Origin: Takakia lepidozioides
Taxonomy: Eukaryota > Plantae > Bryophyta
Assembly (NCBI GenBank): GCA_030704615.1
Contig: CM060733.1
Location: 75,516,001-75,580,000, forward strand
DNA length: 64,000 nt
Direction of reading: 5' to 3'
The translations under genes were made by a program, and so were the position numbers. Every line of letters starts with the position of its first letter. Position 1 is the stretch's first letter. Below, one piece after another: positions 63,770 through 64,000 of the stretch. The notes beneath the pieces are model-generated. The model was not told the origin of the DNA. It searched no databases and saw only the letters and a list, made by a program, of their open reading frames with translations.

Positions 63770-64000
63770 CAAAGACGTCCTCAAGTCCTCCTTTGCAAGG
63801 ATGTCGTGCTTCCGGAACCGGGACGACTATCCTTATGGAGGCTTCGATTATGCAATGTATTCGGCCACATCAGGAGACATCGTTATCTGGTACACAGTTT
63901 ACATAGAAGATACTGGTTCGAATGTGGAAACATTGTCCGCTTTTGAGTATATCCCAGGCCACTACGCCTTCGAGCGGGGTGACGATCTTGGTCTGAGGAG
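63770..64000 (+). CDS. unknown protein domain, copy 2 (runs off the window)
   Basis: Manual translation: KDVLKSSFARMSCFRNRDDYPYGGFDYAMYSATSGDIVIWYTVY...LSAFEYIPGHYAFERG. Confidence 0.5.

Overview
Eukaryotic nuclear DNA, probably from a non-seed land plant (inferred from spliceosomal introns, PLS-type PPR fragments and plant TE families). Two intact-looking host genes lie on the minus strand: a DDX10/Dbp4-type DEAD-box helicase (601-6560) and MMS19 (~22005-36528). The rest is nested and rearranged mobile DNA: a P-element-like transposase relic, Ty3/gypsy gag, LINE ORF1, Tourist and hAT MITEs, a CACTA element, a solo LTR, two MULE-type transposases and a Ulp1 protease. The main result is a large multi-gene Mutator-like element. 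It carries (i) a spliced gene fusing a ParB/Srx-like domain (DGNHR) to a prokaryote-type beta-class amino (N4C/N6A) DNA methyltransferase domain, and (ii) arrays of the palindrome GGAAATGCGGCGCCGCATTTCC at a near-invariant 53-bp period or other near-integer helical multiples. This copy is a pseudogene. It can be reassembled across a CACTA insertion (ATC target-site duplication) and two inferred nested inversions. All protein family calls are motif recognition by eye; no database searches were run.
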